Below, in pieces: positions 1 to 8,706 of a stretch of DNA of 35,350 nucleotides (its first letter is position 1; every line of letters starts with the position of its first letter). Made by a program: the position numbers and the translations under genes. The notes beneath the pieces were generated by a model, which saw only the letters and a list, made by a program, of their open reading frames with translations, was not told where the DNA came from and made no database searches. Origin of the DNA: a virus; IMG/VR virus record IMGVR_UViG_3300034109_000980, positions 1 through 35,350 of that record; one strand, 5' to 3'.

Positions 1-1
1 T

Positions 2-33
2 AAAAAGCCTAGGGGTTAAATCCTAGGCTTTTT
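2..33. terminator. Bidirectional Rho-independent terminator
   Basis: aaaaagcctagg-ggttaaat-cctaggcttttt perfect inverted repeat with A/T tails, just downstream of the minus-strand gene ending at 50. Confidence 0.85.
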
Positions 34-49
34 GCTATTTCACCCTACC

Positions 50-826
50 CTACACCGCCAAAACATCAACAACGGATTCAAACCATTGCAAGTGTTGACG
101 GGTTGCGTCCTTAATCCCCTTCTGTGCAGCGAGTAACAACTTAGAAAATTCAGATCCTTTTGACGTTGGCAACCAAGCCGGATCTTTCCCGTGAGGGTTT
201 GGGGTTTGCAATCCATTCTCAGCTAATAGTTTGTTGACCCGTTGTGCCGAGTGTTTTTGTCCAGTGCGCTGTTCTAAAATTAATCCGAGTTCCGTGGGCG
301 TGAGAAGTTTTCCCTCAACTTCGACTGTTAGATGTTTTTTGGCTTCTTCCATCGCAGGAGCCAACGCCGGATAAGTTTTAGCGATATTGTTGGCAATAAT
401 CCCTGAGACAAGTGTTGGGTCAACATTGGTAGGTCGGAAGACTGCCATAATCGCATCACTAATCAACTGAGGTGAGGGTTTGTCTAATAGGTTCATCCCA
501 CCAGTGGACTTAGAATATTTTAATTCCTTTTCGCACCGGAGGAAATATTGTCGAGTTGCCTTCCCTTGTTCCGTCCCTGACATCATGCCTAACGCCTTAA
601 AGCAATCGACGGTGAGATAGATGGATTCGCTAGGACGACCGCCATCAGGGGTTTTCATCCATTCGGATAAATAGTCTTCCCCTTGTTCAAAGTTGCGGGT
701 TAGCTTCTTTTTGGCAGCCTGTTTACTTGAATATCCTAACCATTGCCAAGCGTCTTCAAAATCAACGGGGTATTCTTTACCGGAACCGAGTAAACTTAAA
801 GCTAGTTCTTTGCTAAAATCAATCAT
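50..826 (-). CDS. Phage antirepressor-like protein (AntA/AntB-like N-terminus, KilAC-like C-terminus)
   Basis: PVDFEDAWQWLGYS..LTRNFEQGEDY..GGRP..YLTVDCFK..GKATRQYF; C-terminal LLTPTELG..SAQRVNKLL..WLPTSKG. Start moved to ATG 826 (AGGA RBS upstream; 827-881 is a structured leader). Confidence 0.8.
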   Translation of the reverse strand: MIDFSKELALSLLGSGKEYPVDFEDAWQWLGYSSKQAAKKKLTRNFEQGEDYLSEWMKTPDGGRPSESIYLTVDCFKALGMMSGTEQGKATRQYFLRCEKELKYSKSTGGMNLLDKPSPQLISDAIMAVFRPTNVDPTLVSGIIANNIAKTYPALAPAMEEAKKHLTVEVEGKLLTPTELGLILEQRTGQKHSAQRVNKLLAENGLQTPNPHGKDPAWLPTSKGSEFSKLLLAAQKGIKDATRQHLQWFESVVDVLAV

Positions 827-904
827 TGTGATCCTGTTATGTAGGTTTACAGCCCTTGGATGTTTCAGCATCGCGAAGGGCGTTTTACTATTAATATTAT
901 ATCA
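827..904 (-). promoter_or_regulatory. Extended -10 promoter (TGATATAAT) and structured 5' leader, copy A
   Basis: Minus strand: TGATATAAT (904-896), hairpin GCCCTT-CGC-GATG-CTGAAA-CATC-C-AAGGGC (881-852), GTAA, then a weaker hairpin over the AGGA RBS. Confidence 0.7.
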
Positions 905-917
905 CAATCAATATTAA

Positions 918-2300
918 TTAATCTGGCAATCTTCCGATTAACTTAGGTTCAATTCCTGTAAATTTCTCGAATCTTTGTAAGATAATTTCACAGTATGCGG
1001 GTGAAAGCTCGAATCCGCAAACTGTGCGATCGCCTTCCATTTTTTGCGCTGCGATTATTGATGTACCGGAGCCGAGAAATGGATCTGCAATTAAATCATC
1101 TGATTCTGTCATCGCTTCAAAATATTGTGTAGGGAGTTCTATCGGGTAAATAGCAGGATGTAGTTTTCTAACATCTCCCAACTCTGGAAAACATCTAATA
1201 ACGCTGTGTAACTGGTGATGAGTGTAAACGGGTGATGCCGTCTTTTCTGACATACTCCCGTCCTGCTTGCGAATAGCTCTATCTGCACCATCTGTTAAAA
1301 AGTTTTCACCGTGTCTTTTTGCGTATTTGTCCAATTGATTCGGAACTGTTCTCTCTAATATTTTTCGTTTTTCTCCAAATACAAATATCCATTCATGAGT
1401 AAGTGTAAACATATTCGTAGCTTGTGCTACGCTACCAGCTTTCTGTTTATCCCAAACATTCCAACCCAAAAGTTTTAAACCACAATTGTTGGCTGTATCT
1501 ATATATTCTTGCCAGTAGGGAACTACAGCCCCATCCTGAAATTTAAGACCGAGATTAACTGCATAATAATCAACATATTCCGACCATGCAGGGATGAATG
1601 AACATATCTTATCCAGACTAACATCCGTCCCATCTTGATAGGTTCTCATGTCAGAGTACGGCGGACTGGTAAACAATAACTCTATCCTCTCATCCCCCAA
1701 CAAAGCCCGAACATTCCCCTCAATAGTAGAATCTGAACAACATATTTTATGCCGTCCTAACTGCCATATTTCACCCAACTTAACCCTTGATTCAATCTCA
1801 TCTACCTTATCTAAAAGCTCGGCAATTTCTTCCTCATCTTCCTCTTTCGGTTCAGTATCGCCAAACCCTTCACCCTTGCCAAACGATTCCAATAATTCAT
1901 TTAATTTATAATCAGGGAAGAACTCACTAAAATCTACCTCTTGAGCCAAATCATTTAAAATATCAACATCCCATGTACTGAAATCCGAGGCGGTATTATC
2001 AGCGATCGCATATTGTTTCCAATCCGACTCTGATAACCCAGGCCGCTTAACAGCAACAATCGTATTACCATCGGCTTCTACAACCAAAACCTTCTCAATC
2101 CCTAATTGACCCGCCTCCTCAAAGGTTCCATTCCCCGCACGGATAACGTCATTTTCATCAATAACAATGGAACGGCAAGCCCCAAACTGTTCTAAGGATT
2201 TGGAAATCACCTTAGCTGATAACGGCGTTCTTTTGCGGGCATTATTCGGATCGGGAGTTAGTTTGCTGATATCTGTCTCAGTAATTTTAGGTTTACTCAT
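918..2300 (-). CDS. ParB-like N-terminal domain + beta-class amino DNA methyltransferase (SPPY, probably N4-cytosine)
   Basis: LTPDPNNARK..SLEQFG..IVIDE..AGNG..IADN (ParB-like); GEIWQLGRHKICCSDS; FTSPPY; HPAIYP; DPFLGSGTS. Confidence 0.9.
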   Translation of the reverse strand: MSKPKITETDISKLTPDPNNARKRTPLSAKVISKSLEQFGACRSIVIDENDVIRAGNGTFEEAGQLGIEKVLVVEADGNTIVAVKRPGLSESDWKQYAIADNTASDFSTWDVDILNDLAQEVDFSEFFPDYKLNELLESFGKGEGFGDTEPKEEDEEEIAELLDKVDEIESRVKLGEIWQLGRHKICCSDSTIEGNVRALLGDERIELLFTSPPYSDMRTYQDGTDVSLDKICSFIPAWSEYVDYYAVNLGLKFQDGAVVPYWQEYIDTANNCGLKLLGWNVWDKQKAGSVAQATNMFTLTHEWIFVFGEKRKILERTVPNQLDKYAKRHGENFLTDGADRAIRKQDGSMSEKTASPVYTHHQLHSVIRCFPELGDVRKLHPAIYPIELPTQYFEAMTESDDLIADPFLGSGTSIIAAQKMEGDRTVCGFELSPAYCEIILQRFEKFTGIEPKLIGRLPD

Positions 2301-2342
2301 AAATTAGTTTGCAATAAGACTTTTAACCATGTTAACTTTAAA

Positions 2343-2900
2343 GTGTTGTTATTGCGTCACCATGCGCTAAATAAAACTATTGCTTCAGTACCAAACATTG
2401 AAAGGATCAGGGAAGCGGTCAGGGAGGTTATTGAGAACCCTTACCTGAATAACCGAGAGATTGGTAGGCGGCTTAACATCTCAGAAACAAATTTAAGGCG
2501 ATGGAAAAAACTACCTATTTGGGAGCAAATCAGACATGAACTCCTAACCGAACGGGCAGAAACAATTAAGGCAACAATAGAAAAGGACAGAATGGCTTAT
2601 CAACAGGATTTAGAGGAAAAACAAAAAACATGGCAAGCGTTCAGGAAAGCCCTAGAGACTAACGGAGCATATTCCCTCACCCTTTCCAACAATGCCTATA
2701 AAGCTGCAAATAATGAGCAAGACTCCCTAAAGGCTTGTTCTAAAGCCACCAAGTCAGGAGCGCAAGTTCACTCCCGAAATGGGATGGAAGTTTTGAAGAC
2801 TTTGGCAATGGTAGATGATCAACTCTATCAAAACAAGGTATTAATCGAATACTTTGAAAACCTTGAAAAAGAACAAACTCAAGAAATCTCAGAAGATTAA
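2343..2900 (+). CDS. HTH protein, candidate terminase small subunit
   Basis: NNREIGRRLNISETNLRRWKK HTH followed by a helical region; next to a ParB-MTase gene and ahead of head genes; start uncertain. Confidence 0.5.
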   Translation: MLLLRHHALNKTIASVPNIERIREAVREVIENPYLNNREIGRRLNISETNLRRWKKLPIWEQIRHELLTERAETIKATIEKDRMAYQQDLEEKQKTWQAFRKALETNGAYSLTLSNNAYKAANNEQDSLKACSKATKSGAQVHSRNGMEVLKTLAMVDDQLYQNKVLIEYFENLEKEQTQEISED

Positions 2901-2902
2901 TT

Positions 2903-3277
2903 ATGCCTAATTTTGAAAGTGTTTTAGTTTTCCTGTTATTGTCTCTTGGTTTAAGATGGTTTTTGTTTAAGTACAAATTGCTTGATAGGATTAGGGAATC
3001 ACTTAAACAGAAACACCAACTTTTTAGGGAGTTGTTTAATTGTCCATACTGCCAGACATTTGAGAGTTCCGTGCTAGTTTATTTTGTTCTGGGAATGCCA
3101 TTTAGTCCCGTTACAGGGATTCTTGCGGGTTTATTTAATGCTTATGTTTCGGTGTCGATTGAGAATATAATTGAATCCCAGATAGAGGAGTTAGAGGGAA
3201 ATTTTAAGACTCCTAAAACTTTGGAGATTCCCGACTACAAAACCCCAATTGAAATATTTAACTTAGGATCTAAATAA
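2903..3277 (+). CDS. Membrane protein, DUF1360-like
   Basis: Hydrophobic helices flanking ELFNCPYC, resembling the DUF1360 ELLxCPWC motif. Confidence 0.6.
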   Translation: MPNFESVLVFLLLSLGLRWFLFKYKLLDRIRESLKQKHQLFRELFNCPYCQTFESSVLVYFVLGMPFSPVTGILAGLFNAYVSVSIENIIESQIEELEGNFKTPKTLEIPDYKTPIEIFNLGSK

Positions 3278-3498
3278 TGGAAAGAATTGAACTATGCTCA
3301 AACAGATGTTGTCCAACCCTTGCTAAACTTGGGGATTTATGGATTATAAATGATGATTATGGTGGGGAGGTTAAATTGACATCTGATCAGCTTGATAATT
3401 TAGTAAAAGTTAAGTTGAAATATGAAAAAGATTTGGCATCTACAAGAATGATTGAAACTGAAAAGGCACGGGAAAATGGATTACTTATTCAATCCTAA
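3277..3498 (+). CDS. Small hypothetical protein with N-terminal Cys cluster
   Basis: TAATG coupling to the upstream gene; CSNRCCP..DDYGGEVKLT. Confidence 0.65.
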   Translation: MERIELCSNRCCPTLAKLGDLWIINDDYGGEVKLTSDQLDNLVKVKLKYEKDLASTRMIETEKARENGLLIQS

Positions 3499-4162
3499 AA
3501 CTCAACGCTACCATTACAAACAGGGTGCGGGTCGGGGTCAGTTTGTACCCGCCACTGCCATTAAGTTTATGATGGAGCGCAACATTGAGGCGACACAGGG
3601 GGATATTAAGACCATTGGGGAATTATTGGTCAATGGTAAAATATCCCTCTCAACTTGGGAAGAAATGACCGCGATCGCACTCAAAAACTTGCATATTCAA
3701 TCATACCTACTTGGTCGCGGTGGTAAAGGTTCTATGAATCAACGGGACTATGGATTAATTGGCAATCGACTCAAAAAGGAATACAAATATTTGAGGGAAT
3801 TTGCTAAGGAAATCCAAACTACCGGAGTTAGCAAAGCTGATTTCTTTAGGCGATTAGAGATGTATAGCAACGCCGGATCAGGTCAACACGAAAAAGCCCG
3901 AACTGAAGGACACAAGAAAGCGGGTTATTCTTGGGAACGTCGGGTCAGGACTAAAACTGAGTCGTGCCAGCCGTGTCTAACTTTTGAGGGCATGGGGTGG
4001 CAACCTATAGGAACGCTCCCGAATCCAACGGAACAATGCGAATGCAGGTCTAATTGTGGGTGTTATAAGAAATTCGCCAAAGAAAAACCGCGAGATTTTG
4101 TCAAGCGGTTTGGAAGTTTTGACTGTGCTAACTTTTCAATACTTATGAAAAAGTTAGGGTGA
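3476..4162 (+). CDS. Head morphogenesis / minor capsid protein (Mu gpF / SPP1 gp7-like)
   Basis: C-terminal WERR..ESCQPC..WQPIGTLPNP..CECRSNCGC motif; ATG 3476 preferred. Confidence 0.7.
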   Translation: MDYLFNPKTQRYHYKQGAGRGQFVPATAIKFMMERNIEATQGDIKTIGELLVNGKISLSTWEEMTAIALKNLHIQSYLLGRGGKGSMNQRDYGLIGNRLKKEYKYLREFAKEIQTTGVSKADFFRRLEMYSNAGSGQHEKARTEGHKKAGYSWERRVRTKTESCQPCLTFEGMGWQPIGTLPNPTEQCECRSNCGCYKKFAKEKPRDFVKRFGSFDCANFSILMKKLG

Positions 4163-4343
4163 CAGCCGCCGTTGTGCCACCAAGTACAGCCTCGCCCGAT
4201 GTGGGTACAATGGCAATGGTGGCAACTTCGGGAGTTCCCGCAAAGGTGAAAGTTAAAACCCCAACAGGGGCTAACTGACCGTCGGCTCCGCGAGAAGAAA
4301 CGATAATTTCTTGGGGGTTATTTTTATCAACATGAACAGCCAT
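4143..4343 (-). CDS. Small beta-rich hypothetical protein, possibly virion-associated
   Basis: ATG with AGGT upstream; fills the gap between head genes; T/A/V/G-rich composition. Confidence 0.55.
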   Translation of the reverse strand: MAVHVDKNNPQEIIVSSRGADGQLAPVGVLTFTFAGTPEVATIAIVPTSGEAVLGGTTAAVTLTFS

Positions 4344-4389
4344 AATTTAACCTAGAATTGATTTAATCTTATTATATTAGAAAATCACT

Positions 4390-5061
4390 ATGTTCACGAC
4401 TTCGACTACTCAAAACACAAGAATCGGGTTCCCTCACCCCACGCCAGAGGAAATGCTAAAAATTAAAAAGTTTTCCAATGCCGAACCCCATCAAGTTGTG
4501 GTAGTGGAAATCACCGCAGCCGACAATTTGATGAATCGAGGGCGGGGTAAATGGTCTAAAGATTCCCTCTTGAAATTAGCAATGTTAGCACCGGGAATTA
4601 CCGTTACTTTAGACCATGACTGGGAAAATATCAATAAAGTTCAGGGGCGGGTTTTTGATGCTAAGTATGAAGAAGAAGAACCGCCGTACAATGAACTGGC
4701 AAAAGCTGGAAACTTCGAGTTAAACAGTTGGATTGTTGGGGATGAAGGCTATGCAAAATTAGAGTTAAAAGCCATTATCCCCGTTGATTCCCCTATCTTG
4801 GAATCCCTTTGGTTGGGAACAATTAGTTACGTTTCACTAGGAAATTTCACAATAGAGGATCTATGGTGTCCGTTGTGCGACTGCTCATTTTATGACGCAG
4901 CTTGTCCCCATCTTATCCCATCCCTAGTAGAATCAGATACCGAAATAACAGCCCCATTTTATATCAGGAAAGGCTCTAAAGATTTGGGAGAAGTTAGTCT
5001 AGTTCTAATCCCAAATCTACCAGGTGCTAAGGTTGAGCTACCAGAAAATTATGATCATTGA
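4390..5061 (+). CDS. Prohead (maturation) protease
   Basis: LDHDW..GRVFDA (His), YVSLG, CPLC..CPH, EVSLVLIPN; lies upstream of the capsid gene. Confidence 0.75.
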   Translation: MFTTSTTQNTRIGFPHPTPEEMLKIKKFSNAEPHQVVVVEITAADNLMNRGRGKWSKDSLLKLAMLAPGITVTLDHDWENINKVQGRVFDAKYEEEEPPYNELAKAGNFELNSWIVGDEGYAKLELKAIIPVDSPILESLWLGTISYVSLGNFTIEDLWCPLCDCSFYDAACPHLIPSLVESDTEITAPFYIRKGSKDLGEVSLVLIPNLPGAKVELPENYDH

Positions 5062-5092
5062 TAGAACCAATCAATTTATTGATAGAACCAAT
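5057..5092. repeat. 15-bp direct repeat attgatagaaccaat (5057-5071, 5078-5092)
   Basis: Exact repeat at the convergent ends of the protease and XRE genes. Confidence 0.85.
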
Positions 5093-5327
5093 TAATCGGA
5101 TGATTGACAACCTTGGCTATCCTCTCAAGCCGATCACAAGATGGGACTGACAGGTCATGCTCATATCTATGAATACTCAATCGGGCAATATCTGCCCTTT
5201 TCCCTAGCGTTTCCTGGGATAAGTTGGCTCGGTTTCTGGCAATTAATATCAATTCTCCTAAGCTAAATTCGTTTATATTATCCTCGGAGCCACTAGGAAT
5301 ATTGTGGCTTTTGGGCTTCGTTTGCAT
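5076..5327 (-). CDS. XRE-family HTH transcriptional regulator
   Basis: LGELILIARNRANLSQETLGKRADIARLSIHRYE..PS..LERIAKV; GGTAGGT RBS. Confidence 0.88.
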   Translation of the reverse strand: MQTKPKSHNIPSGSEDNINEFSLGELILIARNRANLSQETLGKRADIARLSIHRYEHDLSVPSCDRLERIAKVVNHPINWFYQ

Positions 5328-5414
5328 ACCTACCCCCTCAATCTATATCACTTCTGAATAAATTGTATCACTTCGCTTAAACGCTTGGGATAAACTCAGA
5401 ATTGCATACCTACC
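5322..5414. promoter_or_regulatory. Divergent XRE/capsid intergenic region with direct repeats (candidate operators)
   Basis: ttgcatacctacc at 5322 and 5402; tatcacttc at 5346 and 5366. Confidence 0.5.
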
Positions 5415-5423
5415 AATCTTAAA

Positions 5424-7301
5424 ATGAAGCGTGCCTTAAATATATTAAAGGATACGTTTTCTGATAGTGAGTCGGGAGTGGAACAAGATGCAATCAAACG
5501 TTTAAATGCTGCAAAGCAAAAACGCAAGACCGATCAAGCTCCCAAGCCAGAAGACCTTCCAATTGAAAATCCAACTATGGAAAAACCGAGTTTAATTGTC
5601 GGAAAAGATAATGCTGAAAGTCCAGTAGATGTTCCCGTTATTCAACCCCAAAAAGATCCTGTGATTGAAGTTGGGGAAGACGGAAAAACTGTTGAACTTG
5701 ATATGGTGGCACTAAGATCCTTGATTCAGCAGAAAGAAAAAGCGCAAGCTGACAAGGATTCTGTGATTATTCAGCAAGCTCTTGATGAACTTAAAAAAGC
5801 CAAAGAAGAAGCTGAACAAGTTAAAGATCAGTTGATTGAAGCTGAAAAAAGACATCAAGAAAGTATTAAAGAGGAGCGCAAAAAAACAGCAGATTGGACT
5901 CGGATTTTTGCTGATACAGGCTTTGATTTAAACGTTGTAGATCAAAACGTTCAACAAATTCAGTCAGATTATAAACCCTCACCTTATCTGCAAGTAGAAG
6001 GTCGGACTCGCTCAATCTCAGGGCTTGATGCCTATAGAGAAGTTAAGCGTATCCTGGAAAGTAAAGCTGATTGTCCTCTGTCTACTGCTGTTAATCCCTT
6101 GTCGGGTGAGATTGTAGAGTTTAAAGATACAGGAAATTTGGATAGATTTGTTCGTCAAAATAGAGATTCTATTATTGATGGATTGGATCAACAAATGAAG
6201 CGTGGCGGTTTGTTGCAAGGGCGAAATTCAGATAATACCAGCCCTACAACTATTTCACCGTTTTTCCTGGAAACTTTAAGCGCGCTGACTCGCGTCAACC
6301 ACTCTCCTGCTTTTATCTTCTGGCAATTTGCAAATCGCAATATTTCCTTGGGATATAACGTCGGAGACACGATTCAAATCCCCCGAGTTAGATATTCTGC
6401 TTCGGCAACTTCTACTAATGCTTGGAAGTTAGATCCTTTAGTAGATATCACTGCCACGAATCAAGCTATTGAGGCGGGTCACGTCAAAGCGATTTTAGAG
6501 GAGTATGGTCTAGGCAAGGATGCTACCATGCCACCCCTCACCGTTGCTGAGTTCTATATGCGGACTTCCTTGATGGATTTGATGCCATTCATTGAGCGCA
6601 ACCTTGGCTATAACTACAATCAGTTTGAAGACTTACTGATTCGTGAGCTATGGGGTGGTACTACTCGGATTGTCTACAACGATAACGGTGTTGTGACAAC
6701 GACCGTAGGCAACGTGAACGTGGGTGACAGTGGATTACTTAATCTCACTTTCTTGACCAACCTCTATGCTTACTGCTATGGGAGTCTCCAAATTCCCCCG
6801 CTTGATGATGGGCATTATATTCTAGTGACTAACCCATTCTCGGCTGCGGCACTGACCAATTCCCTACAAGAGAATAGTCGGTACACCTCCCGTGTGGCGA
6901 TGAATGATTTAACGTCGCTTCTGAAACAGACCACGATGAATGATTTGGGAAGAACAGACGGATATCAGTTCAGCGTTGCCAACTTCCACATCTTTGTGTC
7001 AAACGCTTTTGGTGCAGGAATTGTAGGTACTGAGGGTGTGCAATCCGAGACTACCGGAGCGGGTGCTAAAACCACTCGGTCATCCTTTGTCGCAGGGCGT
7101 GACACCATCGGGCGTTCAATCGCCATGCCGTTTACCATTAAACGAGCCAAAGAAGACGGTTTTGGACGGATTAACCGATTCATCTGGAACTCGTATGAAT
7201 GCGCGGCTGCTTTGGATGTAGATCCGGCTTCTAATCCCCCAATGTCTAACGATCAACAATTAAGAGTTGTTGAAGTTCGGACTCTTGACGTTGCTATTTA
7301 G
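5424..7301 (+). CDS. Major capsid protein with long N-terminal scaffold-like extension
   Basis: Charged, coiled-coil N-terminal ~270 aa; C-terminal GDTIQIPR..EYG capsid-like motifs; follows the protease. Confidence 0.8.
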   Translation: MKRALNILKDTFSDSESGVEQDAIKRLNAAKQKRKTDQAPKPEDLPIENPTMEKPSLIVGKDNAESPVDVPVIQPQKDPVIEVGEDGKTVELDMVALRSLIQQKEKAQADKDSVIIQQALDELKKAKEEAEQVKDQLIEAEKRHQESIKEERKKTADWTRIFADTGFDLNVVDQNVQQIQSDYKPSPYLQVEGRTRSISGLDAYREVKRILESKADCPLSTAVNPLSGEIVEFKDTGNLDRFVRQNRDSIIDGLDQQMKRGGLLQGRNSDNTSPTTISPFFLETLSALTRVNHSPAFIFWQFANRNISLGYNVGDTIQIPRVRYSASATSTNAWKLDPLVDITATNQAIEAGHVKAILEEYGLGKDATMPPLTVAEFYMRTSLMDLMPFIERNLGYNYNQFEDLLIRELWGGTTRIVYNDNGVVTTTVGNVNVGDSGLLNLTFLTNLYAYCYGSLQIPPLDDGHYILVTNPFSAAALTNSLQENSRYTSRVAMNDLTSLLKQTTMNDLGRTDGYQFSVANFHIFVSNAFGAGIVGTEGVQSETTGAGAKTTRSSFVAGRDTIGRSIAMPFTIKRAKEDGFGRINRFIWNSYECAAALDVDPASNPPMSNDQQLRVVEVRTLDVAI

Positions 7302-7313
7302 GAGCATAAATAA

Positions 7314-7553
7314 ATGGCAAGTTCAGAGAAAGAACCCATCAAGGAAACAATTTTAGATCCGGTACCAACTCAACCCAAAGCGGAGCCAAAACCGGAGACT
7401 AAAAAACAAGAAAAAGTCCAGGGCATTAAGCCTATTTATCCAAAATACGCTGGCTATTCCTGTCCCGTTTGTGGGTCAAAAAGACTGACGGATGATTCGG
7501 GAAAGTATATTTGTCCTGTCACCCCAAAACCATCTGATTGTCCGGTCAAATAG
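7314..7553 (+). CDS. Small zinc-finger protein
   Basis: AGGAG RBS; CPVC..C..C. Confidence 0.7.
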   Translation: MASSEKEPIKETILDPVPTQPKAEPKPETKKQEKVQGIKPIYPKYAGYSCPVCGSKRLTDDSGKYICPVTPKPSDCPVK

Positions 7554-7562
7554 GGGGATTAA

Positions 7563-7970
7563 ATGCCCTTTACTTTAGAGGAAAAATGGGAAGTTTTGAG
7601 AATTTTACAAGTTGACATTTCCGAAGAAACGCCTGTAATGACTCTACTAGAAACCTTAGAAACTCGCTCTGAGGCTTGGGTTCAACAAACCCAAAAGCTA
7701 ATTCTTAGAATCAAAGATTTTGAGGATAAATCAGACGAAGCGGCTACAGGATTAACCCGAGTAGATGTCATTGAATGGAAAGAACATCGCAGGTGTGACA
7801 TCGGTTATCACTTGGAAAAACTCAGACGAGAATTAGCCAAAACAATCGGCTACAAATCAATCTCTCAATTCAATCCCTTCTCAATAGGAGAAGATAATAA
7901 TGGCTACAGGATCTTTTACCAATCTCGCTGCTCAGAAATATCTCGATCACATTTTTGGAGGCAATTCTAA
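7563..7970 (+). CDS. Putative head completion / head-tail connector protein
   Basis: Position after capsid; LTRVDVIEW motif; GGGG RBS. Confidence 0.5.
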   Translation: MPFTLEEKWEVLRILQVDISEETPVMTLLETLETRSEAWVQQTQKLILRIKDFEDKSDEAATGLTRVDVIEWKEHRRCDIGYHLEKLRRELAKTIGYKSISQFNPFSIGEDNNGYRIFYQSRCSEISRSHFWRQF

Positions 7971-8697
7971 AAGTTCACATTCTCCCTATTTGGCAGCGTT
8001 TATCACTACCCCATCGGTTAACGGCCCTGGGTCTGAACCTGCGGGCGGGGGATATAACCGAGTAGCACTGAATGGCACTTATTTTAGCGACTCAACAACG
8101 GGAACAATTACCCAGTTACTTGATATTACCTACCCCCGTGCCACCGCTAATTGGGGTCAAATTGTCGGATTCGGTTTGTTCGATTCGTCTGTAGCGGGGA
8201 ACTGTTACGTCTTTTGGCACGCCGAAGACGTTGAGACGATCCTGGTACGCGATCGCCTAATCGTACTCGCAGGGGGATTGAATCATACCTTTATCTCTGG
8301 ACTGTATAGCAATTATCTCAAGAATTTAATCTTGAATGACTGCTATAACATCAGTCCGATCCCCGTGTTCCCGACTATTTACGCAGCCCACTACCTGACA
8401 GCACCAACAGCAACCGCAGGGGGAACTGAACCCACGGTAGGGGGTTATACGCGTCAAGCTGTAGCCAATAGCGCAGTGAACTTTTCGCCGTGGTCAGGGG
8501 GTGAAAAACTCCTAAGCTCGGACATCTTGTTTCCTCTGGCAACAGCTAATCAAGGAACTCAGACCCATTTCGGTTGGCATGATTCTCAAACGGGCGGTCA
8601 ATTTCTCGCAGGGGGTGCTTTGGATGTTGCCAAGGCTATTGATCTCAATGATCAATTCAAATTCCTAGCGGGTGAGATTACCCATACCTTAATTTAG
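7900..8697 (+). CDS. Virion structural protein (tail-fibre-associated family) with tandem duplicated domain
   Basis: Two copies of F/YxNY/L..YxA..TxP..GxEP..GGYxR.A..F/YP.ATANxG..FG.xDS..G; AGGAG RBS. Confidence 0.75.
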   Translation: MATGSFTNLAAQKYLDHIFGGNSKSSHSPYLAAFITTPSVNGPGSEPAGGGYNRVALNGTYFSDSTTGTITQLLDITYPRATANWGQIVGFGLFDSSVAGNCYVFWHAEDVETILVRDRLIVLAGGLNHTFISGLYSNYLKNLILNDCYNISPIPVFPTIYAAHYLTAPTATAGGTEPTVGGYTRQAVANSAVNFSPWSGGEKLLSSDILFPLATANQGTQTHFGWHDSQTGGQFLAGGALDVAKAIDLNDQFKFLAGEITHTLI

Positions 8698-8706
8698 GAG
8701 GGAATT

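Noticed and set aside
827-871. N-terminal extension of ORF 50..871 (MLKHPRAVNLHNRIT)
   Set aside because: It lies within the conserved leader hairpin; ATG 826 has the RBS.
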